Below are positions 19,832 through 28,915 of a stretch of DNA of 45,674 bases, piece by piece. Source of the DNA: Oscillospiraceae bacterium. Lineage in GTDB: Bacteria; Bacillota; Clostridia; Oscillospirales; CAG-272. The position numbers and the translations under genes were made by a program. The stretch is from positions 1 to 45,674 of the forward strand of contig SVSY01000003.1 of NCBI GenBank assembly GCA_015064065.1, given 5' to 3'. The number at the start of each line of letters is the position of its first letter. Position 1 is the stretch's first letter. The notes under the pieces are model-generated. The model worked only from the letters and a program-made list of their open reading frames with translations, ran no database searches and was not told where the DNA came from.

Positions 19832-20608
19832 TTATTCTTCATCGGGTAAAATGTCGTTTTCGTAACTCTTCATACCCTGCATTTTGCCTATTTCGCGAAA
19901 GCCGTCGATCCCGCCGCGCTGTATCGCACCGAAAATGCGATAGCGCAGACCCTTGTTGTCGCGTTCAAGCGTTGCAAGAAGCTTTTTCATTTCCTCACGC
20001 TCGGTGTTGCCGTCGGCGGGGCAGGGGGATTTTACGACGGGAAGCTCTGTTTTCGAGGCAAAATAACGCACGTCTTTTTCGGGCATATATATCATAGGAC
20101 GGATAAGAGTTATTTCGGTATTCGAAAGATATGTCACGGGCTGAAAGCAACCGAGCCTTCCCTCGTAGAAGAGGTTGAGCATAAAGGTCTCGACAACGTC
20201 GTCGAAGTGGTGGCCGAGAGCGACCTTGTTGCAGCCTATCTCCTTTGCGTAGCCGTAAAGAGCGCCACGGCGCATCTTGGCACAGAGAGAGCAGGGATTT
20301 TTTTCCTTGCGAACATCGAATATTATTTTTGATATTTGCGTGGGAACGGTGTGATACTCAACGCCAAGCTCCTCACAGAAATTTTTTACGGGGGTGAGAT
20401 CCATTCCCTCAAAGCCCATATCAACGGTTATGGCGCAGAGCTCAAATTTCTTGGGATAAAAGCGGCGCAGATCGCTCATTGCGCAGAGCAGAGTGAGCGA
20501 GTCCTTTCCCGCAGATACTCCAACGGCTATCTTGTCGCCGTCCTCTATCATATCGTAGTCGTCCACGGCACGTCTGACGTAGCTGAGGACTCTTTTTATA
20601 TTTTCCAT
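19832..20608 (-). CDS. ttcA: tRNA 2-thiocytidine biosynthesis TtcA-family protein
   Basis: SAGKDS PP-loop, PCSLCAKMRRG, GHHFDD, IRPM and CP. Start uncertain (20608 or 20626). Confidence 0.85.
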   Translation of the reverse strand: MENIKRVLSYVRRAVDDYDMIEDGDKIAVGVSAGKDSLTLLCAMSDLRRFYPKKFELCAITVDMGFEGMDLTPVKNFCEELGVEYHTVPTQISKIIFDVRKEKNPCSLCAKMRRGALYGYAKEIGCNKVALGHHFDDVVETFMLNLFYEGRLGCFQPVTYLSNTEITLIRPMIYMPEKDVRYFASKTELPVVKSPCPADGNTEREEMKKLLATLERDNKGLRYRIFGAIQRGGIDGFREIGKMQGMKSYENDILPDEE

Positions 20609-20618
20609 AAGGTATATC

Positions 20619-21368
20619 CTATTCAAAAGAAAGTGTGTCGTAAATTTTTTGCGCCTCGTCTGAGAGCTCTGTAGTGCCGTCGCGGTAGAGCACGAGCGGA
20701 GCGGTCATCGTCATTCCCGAAGCTCCGCCCTTCGTTGCGCTTACGAGCACCATCGAAGGCGGTGTTTTAGGTGTTGCACACACGGGGGTAATTATTTTCG
20801 GCTCAAGGCGGTTTTGTCGCATAGCAAAGAAAAGATCGCAGAGTCGGTCGGGTCTCCAGACCGCGTAAAATCTACCGCCGTGCTTCAGGAGTCTGAATGC
20901 CGCCGCGCAGAAGTCCGAGATATCTCCGCATACCTCGTGGCGCGCGATGTATTTTCTGTCGGAGTCATTGCGCTTTCCGCTGTCGGTCTTCATATAAGGC
21001 GGATTTGTAAAAACGGCGTCAAATTCGCCGTATTCGCTGACCTTGAGGTCTCTTACGTCGCTTTGTATCACGCAAACGCGCTCCGCGAGCTCGTTGTATT
21101 CGGCGTTGCGCTTTGCAAGAGATGCGAAATCCTCCTGTATCTCGAAAGCGTGCACGCTTGAGAACTTATTTTTTGAAGCGAGCAAAAAGGAGATTATTCC
21201 CGTGCCCGCGCCAAGCTCTGCGGCGCGGCCGTTTGCGCGCGGCTTTATGAAGGAGGCGAGAAGGAATGCATCTGTTCCAAACGTCAAACCGTCCTTTTTT
21301 TGTATGAGCGTTATCTTTTCGTTTACAACGTCAAGACGCTCGTCGTCAAAAAGCGTGAGCTCCTTCAT
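20619..21368 (-). CDS. tRNA1(Val) (adenine37-N6)-methyltransferase (YabB/TrmN6 family)
   Basis: FGTDAFLL, ELGAGTG, NPPY and IARHE motifs. Confidence 0.88.
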   Translation of the reverse strand: MKELTLFDDERLDVVNEKITLIQKKDGLTFGTDAFLLASFIKPRANGRAAELGAGTGIISFLLASKNKFSSVHAFEIQEDFASLAKRNAEYNELAERVCVIQSDVRDLKVSEYGEFDAVFTNPPYMKTDSGKRNDSDRKYIARHEVCGDISDFCAAAFRLLKHGGRFYAVWRPDRLCDLFFAMRQNRLEPKIITPVCATPKTPPSMVLVSATKGGASGMTMTAPLVLYRDGTTELSDEAQKIYDTLSFE

Positions 21369-21398
21369 AATACCTCCAAGGTCAACCGTGATTTTACA

Positions 21399-21431
21399 AA
21401 ACGAGGTTGTTGCACAGCAACAACCTCGTTT
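21399..21431 (-). terminator. Terminator after ferredoxin
   Basis: AAACGAGGTTGTTGC-ACA-GCAACAACCTCGTTT perfect stem. Confidence 0.75.
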
Positions 21432-21450
21432 ATGTACAGAATTGCAACGA

Positions 21451-21621
21451 TTATTCAGCAGCGGGAGCCTCTACGGGGCAAGCCTCTGCACATGCACCGC
21501 ACTCGATGCACTCGTCAGCGTTGATCTCGTACTTACCGTCGCCCTCAGTGATAGCACTTACGGGGCAAGCGTCTGCACATGCACCGCAAGCGATGCAAGC
21601 GTCGGAAATTTTGTATGCCAT
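21451..21621 (-). CDS. Clostridial 2[4Fe-4S] ferredoxin (56 aa)
   Basis: MAYKISDACIACGACADACP...CIECGACAEACP. RBS GGAGG; start moved to 21621. Confidence 0.96.
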   Translation of the reverse strand: MAYKISDACIACGACADACPVSAITEGDGKYEINADECIECGACAEACPVEAPAAE

Positions 21622-21881
21622 GATAAAACACCTCCATAGTTTTTGTGTATACATACATTGTATCACAATAATAAAAAATTTCAAGAGCAAAGCGAAAAAT
21701 TTTTTTAATATTTTTGATTTTTTTCTTGAAAAAATGTAAAAATCAAGTTTTTTCAGCTTTTTGAGCCTTTAAATATCATACTGCAAAGAGGAAAGATAAA
21801 AATTTTTGTAGGACTATATGTGACAAATTACGCGCAAAAGCTGTGCTAAAATATAGAAAAAAGAAATTAAAGGAGGTCAAA

Positions 21882-22235
21882 ATGCAAAAAAGTAACTGTG
21901 TATTAAGCCTTTCGTCAGATGAAAACGGCACGCTTCTCAGAGTCGAGCTTATAGGAGATATCGATCATCACGGCGCTGTTGGAGTGCGTAGCGAGATAGA
22001 CGGAGCAATATCCGAGCACAGACCGACACGGACGGTATTGGTGCTGTCGGGCGTGGAATTTATGGACAGTTCGGGAATTGGGCTGATAATGGGAAGGTAC
22101 GCCAGAATGAATGCCATAGGCGGAGAACTCGTTCTGCGCGGCGTAAGCGATCGCCTGATGAGGATATTCAGAATGGCGGGGCTTGAAAGAATAGTAAAAA
22201 TAGAGGAGGAAGAAGATGAAGACGAGCGAGACTAA
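21882..22235 (+). CDS. spoIIAA: Anti-sigma F factor antagonist
   Basis: GDIDHH and FMDSSGIG STAS motif. First gene of the spoIIA operon; start behind AAGGAGG. Confidence 0.93.
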   Translation: MQKSNCVLSLSSDENGTLLRVELIGDIDHHGAVGVRSEIDGAISEHRPTRTVLVLSGVEFMDSSGIGLIMGRYARMNAIGGELVLRGVSDRLMRIFRMAGLERIVKIEEEEDEDERD

Positions 22236-22683
22236 AAATCATTCTTTAGCAAAATGCCGTAATGAGATGAAACTGAAATTGCCGTCACTGTCGGTAAACG
22301 AGGCTATAGCGAGGGCGGCAGTAGCCGTTTTCTGCTCTCAGGCAGACCCCACACCGAGCGAGCTGGCAGACATAAAATGTGCCGTTTCCGAGGCAGTCAC
22401 CAACTGTATAGTTCACGCCTACCGAGAGACTGTCGGCACGATATACATAACCGTTAAGCTTTTCGAGGACGGGCTTGTCCGCATAGAGATAAAAGACAAG
22501 GGGTGCGGAATAGAGGACGTCGATACGGCGCGTCAGCCTCTGTATACTACCGATGCCGCGAACGAGCGCAGTGGAATGGGCTTTACGGTGATGGAAAGCT
22601 TTTGTGACAAGGTGAGGGTCTTTTCAGGATGCAAAAAGGGAACTACAGTAACACTGTTCAAATATCTCAAGGGGAGAGAATAG
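22216..22683 (+). CDS. spoIIAB: Anti-sigma F factor
   Basis: SEAVTNCIVHAY, DKGCGI and ERSGMGFTVMESF motifs. Confidence 0.95.
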   Translation: MKTSETKNHSLAKCRNEMKLKLPSLSVNEAIARAAVAVFCSQADPTPSELADIKCAVSEAVTNCIVHAYRETVGTIYITVKLFEDGLVRIEIKDKGCGIEDVDTARQPLYTTDAANERSGMGFTVMESFCDKVRVFSGCKKGTTVTLFKYLKGRE

Positions 22684-23438
22684 AGGATACTCAAAGGAGG
22701 GACTTTGAATCAAACCGTGAGCTTATCGCGCTTGCACAGAGTGCCGATGAAAAAGAGTCTATGGAGGCGACAGAGGAGCTTATAACACTCAATCACGGTT
22801 TGGTACGCACGATAGCTATGCGATTTCGTGAGCGTGGAGTGGACTTTGAGGATCTTATGCAGATAGGAACGATAGGGCTTCTCAAGGCTATACGAAGCTT
22901 CGATCTTGAACGCGGCACCTGTTTTTCTACCTATGCCGTTCCGATGATATTCGGTGAGATACGGCGATCCTTGCGCGACGAAGGTCCTATAAAAGTGGGA
23001 CGCTACTACAAAAAACTCGGTATAGAGCTTATGCGCGCGAAAAACGAGATAATTCAGAGTGAAGGACGCGAGCCGCACGTAAAGGAGCTTGCAAAGGCTG
23101 TAGGCGTGTCGGTAGAGGAGGCGGCTATAGCGATAGACGCTATGAGCCCGATAGCTTCATTCTCGGATCTCGTTTACGGCGAGGATGACGGAATAATGTT
23201 GGAGGATACCTTGGCTGACACCGAAAGTCTTGAGGATACCGAGAGGCTGATAGACAATATGACGCTCGCACGGGCGATATCGAGAATGCCGATCGAATGG
23301 CAGAGGATAGTCGTTTTGCGTTACTACAGAAACAAAACTCAACAGCAGGTCGCAGATGCGTTGGGACTTTCACAGGTAAAGGTATCGCGAGAGGAGAAAA
23401 AGATAGTTGCGTTCTTGCAGAATGAGATGAAAGTGTAG
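22629..23438 (+). CDS. sigF: RNA polymerase sporulation sigma factor F
   Basis: DLMQIGTIGLLKA, FSTYAVPMIFGEIRR and SQVKVSR. Third gene of spoIIA; start codon uncertain. Confidence 0.9.
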   Translation: MQKGNYSNTVQISQGERIEDTQRRDFESNRELIALAQSADEKESMEATEELITLNHGLVRTIAMRFRERGVDFEDLMQIGTIGLLKAIRSFDLERGTCFSTYAVPMIFGEIRRSLRDEGPIKVGRYYKKLGIELMRAKNEIIQSEGREPHVKELAKAVGVSVEEAAIAIDAMSPIASFSDLVYGEDDGIMLEDTLADTESLEDTERLIDNMTLARAISRMPIEWQRIVVLRYYRNKTQQQVADALGLSQVKVSREEKKIVAFLQNEMKV

Positions 23439-23592
23439 TCATTTTAAACAATTTTTTTGAAAATAAGACGTCATATTTACCAAAAATAAAAATTTTTTCA
23501 GAAAATAAAATTTTTTGCAAAATTGACTTGAAATTATCAAACTTCTGTGGTATATTATAGGGTGGAAAAATAATTGAAAGGTGGACATAAAA

Positions 23593-24891
23593 ATGACCTA
23601 CAACAAAAAATCAGTTGAAGACATTGACGTAGCCGGCAAGAGAGTTCTTGTACGTTGCGATTTCAATGTACCCCTCAAGGACGGTGTTATCACCTCCGAC
23701 AAGAGAATCGTAGAAGCACTTCCCACTATCAAATATCTTCTTGAAAAGGGTTGCAAGGTAGTTCTTTGCTCTCACATGGGCAAGCCTCACGCAATCTTCA
23801 CCGAGGGCTTCGGTCTTACCAAGAAGGAAAAGGCAAAGGTTGAGGCTCTTCCCGCAGAGGAGCAGGCAGCAGCAAAGGCTGAGCTTTTGGCAAAGGCAGC
23901 TGTTGAAGACAAGAAGAAGTTCACACTCAAGCCCGTTGCAGCACGTCTTAACGAGCTTCTCGGCGACAAGGTCACCTTCGCAGAGGACATCGTAGGCGAG
24001 GACGCAAAGGCTAAGGTAGCAGCTCTCGAGGCAGGAAAGGCAGTTCTTATCGAGAACGTTCGTTTTGATGCAAGAGAGACCAAGAACGGTGCAGACTTCG
24101 CTAAGGAGCTTGCAGATTTTGCTGATATTTACGTAAACGACGCATTCGGCTCTGCTCACAGAGCACACGCTTCTACCGCAGGCGTAGCTGCATATCTTCC
24201 TGCAGTTTGCGGTTACCTCATTCAGAAGGAGATCGGCGTTATGGGTAAGGCTCTTGCTGATCCCGCACGTCCCTTCGTTGCTATCCTTGGCGGTGCTAAG
24301 GTCTCCGATAAGATCGGCGTTATCAATAACCTTCTCGAGAAGGTTGACACTCTTATCATCGGCGGCGGTATGGCTTACACCTTCTTCAAGGCTGCAGGTC
24401 ACGACGTTGGAACCTCTCTTTGCGAAGAAGACAAGCTCGACCTCGCTAACGAGATGGTCGCAAAGGCAAAGGCAAAGGGCGTTAACTTTATGATCCCCGT
24501 TGACAACGTAGTTGCTACCGAGTACGACGAGAACGCAGAGTACAAGCTCGTTAACTCCGACGATATTCCTGATGGCTGGATGGGTCTTGACATCGGTCCT
24601 GCAACCCGCGAGCTCTTCGCAAACGCTATCAAGGGCGCAGGCACTGTTGTTTGGAACGGTCCTATGGGCGTTTCTGAGTGGAAGAATTTTGCAGCAGGTA
24701 CTGAGGCAGTTGCAGCAGCAGTTGCTGATTCCGGCGCTATCTCCATCATCGGCGGCGGCGACTCCGCAGCAGCAGTTGAGAAGCTCGGCTTTGCTTCCAG
24801 AATGACTCACATCTCCACCGGCGGCGGCGCTTCTCTCGAGTTCCTCGAGGGTAAGGATCTTCCCGGTATCTCCTGCCTCCTCAATAAGTAA
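23593..24891 (+). CDS. pgk: Phosphoglycerate kinase
   Basis: [34 protein letters not shown] and STGGGASLE motifs. Confidence 0.97.
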   Translation: MTYNKKSVEDIDVAGKRVLVRCDFNVPLKDGVITSDKRIVEALPTIKYLLEKGCKVVLCSHMGKPHAIFTEGFGLTKKEKAKVEALPAEEQAAAKAELLAKAAVEDKKKFTLKPVAARLNELLGDKVTFAEDIVGEDAKAKVAALEAGKAVLIENVRFDARETKNGADFAKELADFADIYVNDAFGSAHRAHASTAGVAAYLPAVCGYLIQKEIGVMGKALADPARPFVAILGGAKVSDKIGVINNLLEKVDTLIIGGGMAYTFFKAAGHDVGTSLCEEDKLDLANEMVAKAKAKGVNFMIPVDNVVATEYDENAEYKLVNSDDIPDGWMGLDIGPATRELFANAIKGAGTVVWNGPMGVSEWKNFAAGTEAVAAAVADSGAISIIGGGDSAAAVEKLGFASRMTHISTGGGASLEFLEGKDLPGISCLLNK

Positions 24892-24911
24892 TTTAAAGAG
24901 AGGTAGAAAAG

Positions 24912-25679
24912 ATGAATCCCGCAAAGAGAAGAACAGTTATCGCAGGTAACTGGAAGATGAATATGACCCCCAAGAGTGCGGCTGCACTTATTGAGGAGAT
25001 GAAGCCTCTCGTTGCAGGCAAGGATGCTTGTGACGTAGTACTTTGCGTTCCCGCGATCGATATCCCCGCTGCAGTTGAGGCTGCTAAGGGCTCTAACATC
25101 AAGATCGGTGCAGAGAACGTGCATTTCAAGGCTTCGGGTGCATACACCGGTGAAATATCCGCAGATATGCTCGTTGAGGCAGGCGTAGAGTACGTTGTTA
25201 TCGGACACAGCGAGAGACGTCAGTACTTTGCTGAGACCGACCAGACCGTAAATCTTCGCACGCTTGCGGCTCTTAACGCAGGACTTAAGGCTATCGTTTG
25301 TGTCGGTGAGACCCTTGAGCAGAGAGAGCTCGGCTATACCGAGACCCTTCTCAAGTTCCAGACCAAGATGGCTCTTACCAACGTAAGCGCAGAGCAGCTC
25401 AAGAACGTTATCGTAGCTTACGAGCCTGTTTGGGCTATCGGAACAGGCGTAACTGCAACCGCAGATCAGGCTGACGAGGGCAACGGATTTGTTCGTGCCG
25501 CTATCGCTGAAGCTTACGGTGCAGATGTCGCAGAGACTGTTACGGTCCAGTACGGAGGTTCTATGAACGACGCTAACGCAGCAGAGCTCCTCGCAAAGAC
25601 CAACGTTGACGGCGGACTTATCGGCGGAGCATCGCTCGTTGCTAAAAAGTTCGGTGCTATCGTTGACGCCGCTCAGTAA
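24912..25679 (+). CDS. tpiA: Triosephosphate isomerase
   Basis: AGNWKMN, GHSERR, AYEPVWAIGTG and YGGS motifs. Confidence 0.97.
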   Translation: MNPAKRRTVIAGNWKMNMTPKSAAALIEEMKPLVAGKDACDVVLCVPAIDIPAAVEAAKGSNIKIGAENVHFKASGAYTGEISADMLVEAGVEYVVIGHSERRQYFAETDQTVNLRTLAALNAGLKAIVCVGETLEQRELGYTETLLKFQTKMALTNVSAEQLKNVIVAYEPVWAIGTGVTATADQADEGNGFVRAAIAEAYGADVAETVTVQYGGSMNDANAAELLAKTNVDGGLIGGASLVAKKFGAIVDAAQ

Positions 25680-25695
25680 TTTGTAAATAAATATG

Positions 25696-25734
25696 AAAAA
25701 ACGAAGTTCGGGATCTTTCGAGCTTCGTTTTTTT
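25696..25734 (+). terminator. Intrinsic terminator after tpiA
   Basis: AAAAAACGAAGTTCG..CGAGCTTCGTTTTTTT. Confidence 0.8.
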
Positions 25735-25746
25735 ACTTTATTGCTA

Positions 25747-25775
25747 TTGCAAAAGCGATAAAAATGTGTTATACT
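25747..25775 (+). promoter_or_regulatory. Sigma-A promoter of rbfA-nrnA
   Basis: TTGCAA-N17-TATACT with TG. Confidence 0.65.
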
Positions 25776-25812
25776 ATACGTGCATAAAAATAAGTAAAAC
25801 GTAAGGATAGAT

Positions 25813-26184
25813 ATGGCAAACTACAGAAAAGGAAGAATAAACGACGAAGTAAAAAAGGAGCTCTCGCAGATATTGCGTGAGGTCAAGGACCCAAGACTTA
25901 CCGATGCTTTCATAAGCATAACGGCAGTGGAGGTAACGGGAGATCTTAAATTCGCAAAGGTATATTACTCTGCGATGATGGGAGATAAGAAAGAGGTCGC
26001 AAAAGGGCTTAAGTCCTCCGCGGGATATATCCGCCGTGAGATAGCAAGACGTCTCAATCTGCGTATGACTCCCGAATTCAGCTTCTACGAGGATCATTCG
26101 ATAGAGCACGGCGCGCACATCTCGAAGCTTCTCAACGGTATCGAGATAACGCCCGAAGAGACGGAAGGGGAAGATAATGATTGA
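25813..26184 (+). CDS. rbfA: 30S ribosome-binding factor A
   Basis: KDPRL, DLKFAKVY and LRMTPEFSFYEDHS motifs. Confidence 0.95.
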   Translation: MANYRKGRINDEVKKELSQILREVKDPRLTDAFISITAVEVTGDLKFAKVYYSAMMGDKKEVAKGLKSSAGYIRREIARRLNLRMTPEFSFYEDHSIEHGAHISKLLNGIEITPEETEGEDND

Positions 26185-27175
26185 TCATTTCCGTAAGCTC
26201 TCGCTCGAACAGATCGCAGACGAGCTCTTAAAACCGAAAAAAACGCTCGTGCTCTTTCACGTGCGCTCTGATGCCGATGCAGTAGGCTCTGCATTTGCTT
26301 TGCGCGAGCTTTTACGCGTTATGGGAGTGCCTGTGTATTGTGCGTGCTCCGAGGAGATTCCCGAAAGACTCGTGTTCCTTATGGACGGAGCGCAGGGAAG
26401 CGTCCTTTTGGATGATGATATGATAATAGACTACGAGCGCATCGTGACGGTCGACTCCGCGTCACCTTCACAGCTGGGCTCGCTCTTTTCGCGCTTGCAT
26501 AAGGACGTCGACATTATGATAGATCACCACGCGGCAGGCAGTGCCTATGCCGACAATTACATAGATCCTTCGGCGGCGGCTACGGGAGAGATAATATACG
26601 AGCTTGCAGAGATATTTCTCAAGAGAGGAGATATCGAGCAGATACCTATGCGCGTGATGAGCTGCGTCTACGCCGCGATAAATTCGGATACGGGTAGCTT
26701 CAGGTTTTCCAATACCACGCCTAAAACTATGTGTATAGCGGCTGAGCTTATGGAAAACGGAGTTGATTTTTCGACGATAAATTCATTACTCTACGATTCG
26801 AAGTCGCTTGTTCAGCTTAAGGCAGAGGGTGAGGCTATGCGCTCATTGCGCCTTTATGCAGACGGACAGGTGGCATCCGCGGTCTTCCCGTTCTCGCTTA
26901 AGGAAGAGCTTGGGGCAGAGGATGAGCATCTTGAAACGCTCATCGACGTTGTGCGCTCGGTCAGCGGGGTAGAGGTAGCCTTTGTAGTCAAGCAGTCGAC
27001 GAATGAGCCGCGCTTCCGCGTGTCTTTGCGTTCGAAAAATGACGTTGACGTCTCGGCAATATGCGCAAGATTCGGCGGCGGAGGTCACAAACGAGCCGCA
27101 GGTTGTACGGTCGAAGCTGACAGCGCAGAAGAAGCAAACGAGATCGTTCTCAACGAGATATTGAAAAGAATTTAA
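26177..27175 (+). CDS. nrnA: DHH-family oligoribonuclease/pAp phosphatase
   Basis: DADAVGS, IDHH, SDTGSF, SLRS and GGGGH motifs. Typical position after rbfA. Confidence 0.9.
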   Translation: MIDHFRKLSLEQIADELLKPKKTLVLFHVRSDADAVGSAFALRELLRVMGVPVYCACSEEIPERLVFLMDGAQGSVLLDDDMIIDYERIVTVDSASPSQLGSLFSRLHKDVDIMIDHHAAGSAYADNYIDPSAAATGEIIYELAEIFLKRGDIEQIPMRVMSCVYAAINSDTGSFRFSNTTPKTMCIAAELMENGVDFSTINSLLYDSKSLVQLKAEGEAMRSLRLYADGQVASAVFPFSLKEELGAEDEHLETLIDVVRSVSGVEVAFVVKQSTNEPRFRVSLRSKNDVDVSAICARFGGGGHKRAAGCTVEADSAEEANEIVLNEILKRI

Positions 27176-27180
27176 AGTAC

Positions 27181-27215
27181 TTGCACCGCGCATTTTGCGC
27201 GGTGCAAAATTTTTT
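27181..27215 (+). terminator. Intrinsic terminator
   Basis: TTGCACCGCGCA-TTT-TGCGCGGTGCAA followed by a T run. Confidence 0.75.
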
Positions 27216-27236
27216 CAAAAAATTTCAAAAAAACCA

Positions 27237-27275
27237 TTGACAAAAAGAAATAATTGTGATATCATTTTAATATCA
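27237..27275 (+). promoter_or_regulatory. Sigma-A promoter overlapped by a putative RHH operator
   Basis: TTGACA-N17-TATCAT, with TGATATCA-N3-TAATATCA over the -10/+1 region. Confidence 0.55.
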
Positions 27276-27304
27276 AATAGATCAAAAGACTTTAGGAGGT
27301 CGCT

Positions 27305-28327
27305 ATGGAAGAAAAAATTTTGAAAAAATCTAAAAACGGAATGCTCGTTCTCGTTCTGGATCTGCTTTTGCTCGTCGCGGCACTTGCGGGTGTGATCTGC
27401 GGCGGAATACTTCTCGACGAAGGTGTTGCTATCGGCGGATTGCTTTTTGGTGTCGCTATCGTGCTGCTTTTCGTTGGCTGGATACCCCTCTGCGGGCTTC
27501 GCGTTCTCAAGCCTCAGGAAGCACTCGTTCTCACGCTTTTCGGTAAGTATATAGGCACTCTCAAGGGAGAGGGCTTTTATGCGGTAAATCCCTTTTGCAG
27601 CTCTGTAAACCCCGCGGCTAACACAAAGCTCAATCAGAGCGGAGACGTTACCACCAAGCGTTTTGGTGCGGCGAAGGAGGGAAGTGCTGAGGCTATCAAC
27701 GTTTCCCTTGAGAGCAAAAAGATATCACTCAAGATAATGACTCTCAACAACAACCGTCAGAAGATAAACGATTGCCTTGGCAATCCCGTAGAGATAGGAA
27801 TTGCTGTTACTTGGAGGATCGTTGATACCGCAAAGGCTGTATTCAACGTAGACAACTATAAGGAATATCTCTCGCTTCAGTGCGACAGTGCACTTCGCAA
27901 CGTAGTAAGGATCTACCCTTACGACGTAGCGCCCAACGTTGACACCACGGGTGACGGTCTGGCAGACGAGGGAAGCCTTCGCGGTTCGAGCGACGTAGTA
28001 GCAGACCGTATCCGCGGCGAGATACAGGAGCGCGTTATTGAGGCAGGCATAGAGATAGTTGAAGCAAGAATAACCTATCTTGCATATGCTCCCGAGATAG
28101 CGGCAGTAATGCTCCAGCGTCAGCAGGCATCTGCTATCATAGACGCAAGAAAGATGATCGTTGACGGCGCTGTCGGAATGGTAGAGATGGCACTTAACAG
28201 ACTTTCTGAGAATAACACTATAGAGCTCGATGAGGAAAGAAAAGCCGCAATGGTATCCAATCTTCTCGTTGTACTCTGCGGCAACCGTGATGCACAGCCC
28301 GTAGTAAATTCGGGTAGCTTGTATTGA
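27305..28327 (+). CDS. SPFH/band 7 domain membrane protein
   Basis: Two N-terminal TMs, [32 protein letters not shown] and VSNLLVVLC. Confidence 0.92.
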   Translation: MEEKILKKSKNGMLVLVLDLLLLVAALAGVICGGILLDEGVAIGGLLFGVAIVLLFVGWIPLCGLRVLKPQEALVLTLFGKYIGTLKGEGFYAVNPFCSSVNPAANTKLNQSGDVTTKRFGAAKEGSAEAINVSLESKKISLKIMTLNNNRQKINDCLGNPVEIGIAVTWRIVDTAKAVFNVDNYKEYLSLQCDSALRNVVRIYPYDVAPNVDTTGDGLADEGSLRGSSDVVADRIRGEIQERVIEAGIEIVEARITYLAYAPEIAAVMLQRQQASAIIDARKMIVDGAVGMVEMALNRLSENNTIELDEERKAAMVSNLLVVLCGNRDAQPVVNSGSLY

Positions 28328-28338
28328 TCGGTGACGTT

Positions 28339-28542
28339 ATGAACGATTCACAGAAAAAACAAGTGCCGCTCAGACTGTCCCCAAAGCTTTACGAGGCTAT
28401 AGCCTCGTGGGCAGAGGACGATTTCCGCTCGGTGAACGGGCAGATAGAATATCTGCTCTCCGAATGCGTAAGGCAACGCAAAAAAAATGGGAAGTACGTC
28501 TCTGACGAGATAGACGTACCACCCGAAATAGATATCTCGTAA
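28339..28542 (+). CDS. Arc-family ribbon-helix-helix DNA-binding protein
   Basis: [35 protein letters not shown]; the usual partner of this SPFH subfamily. Confidence 0.85.
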   Translation: MNDSQKKQVPLRLSPKLYEAIASWAEDDFRSVNGQIEYLLSECVRQRKKNGKYVSDEIDVPPEIDIS

Positions 28543-28563
28543 ATAAAAATGCGTTCTGCTTTA

Positions 28564-28782
28564 GCGTAGTGTCCTTAAGGACACTACGCAACTAAGTTTG
28601 CCCTTGGGGCAAGTGAAGTTTACTTCGTAAGTGAAGTTATCCTGCGGATAGTGAAGTTTTGCCTTCGGCAAAGTGGGCAAACTTAACTTCACTCGTGCGA
28701 TAGCACGAACTTCACTGCAAAGCAACTTCACTTTCGCGTAAGCGAAAACTTCACTACATTTGCATTTGTGACCACAAATGCA
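28564..28782. repeat. Composite palindromic repeat element A (AGTGAAGTT x3 / AACTTCACT x4 with mini-hairpin spacers)
   Basis: Directly visible; see findings. Confidence 0.85.
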
Positions 28783-28794
28783 GTGCTTGCAAAG

Positions 28795-28835
28795 AAAAGA
28801 GGACAGAGAGTGTAAAAACATTCTCTGTCCTTTTC
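28795..28835. terminator. Probable bidirectional terminator
   Basis: AGGACAGAGAGTGT..ACATTCTCTGTCCT flanked by A and T runs, between convergent genes. Confidence 0.7.
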
Positions 28836-28915
28836 CTGTCGGTAGGTACTATATTCTATTGAACTTAAAACCGTCCTTTAGAGTACAGCCCATTTGCAGA
28901 ACGCATTTTTTATAT

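Noticed and set aside
21785-21830. Sigma-H promoter and Spo0A box upstream of spoIIAA (AGGAAA...GGACT, TGACAAA); sigma-E -10 CATATGTT before ytvI (29734)
   Set aside because: Biologically plausible, but the matches are too degenerate to support from sequence alone.
23611-24924. 437-aa antisense ORF over pgk (likewise 1280..2395, 11825..12853, 14293..15495, 18091..19080, 36682..37929, 42432..43319)
   Set aside because: Each mirrors a well-supported gene on the other strand and has no domain features.
28594-28755. Elements A and B as mini-CRISPR arrays
   Set aside because: Repeats are only 9 nt, spacers are short self-complementary hairpins, the halves are inverted, and there are no cas genes.
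28561-28821. Small ORFs over the repeat elements (28561..28821, 40957..41199, 41052..41339)
   Set aside because: They translate repeat or tRNA sequence and lack an RBS.
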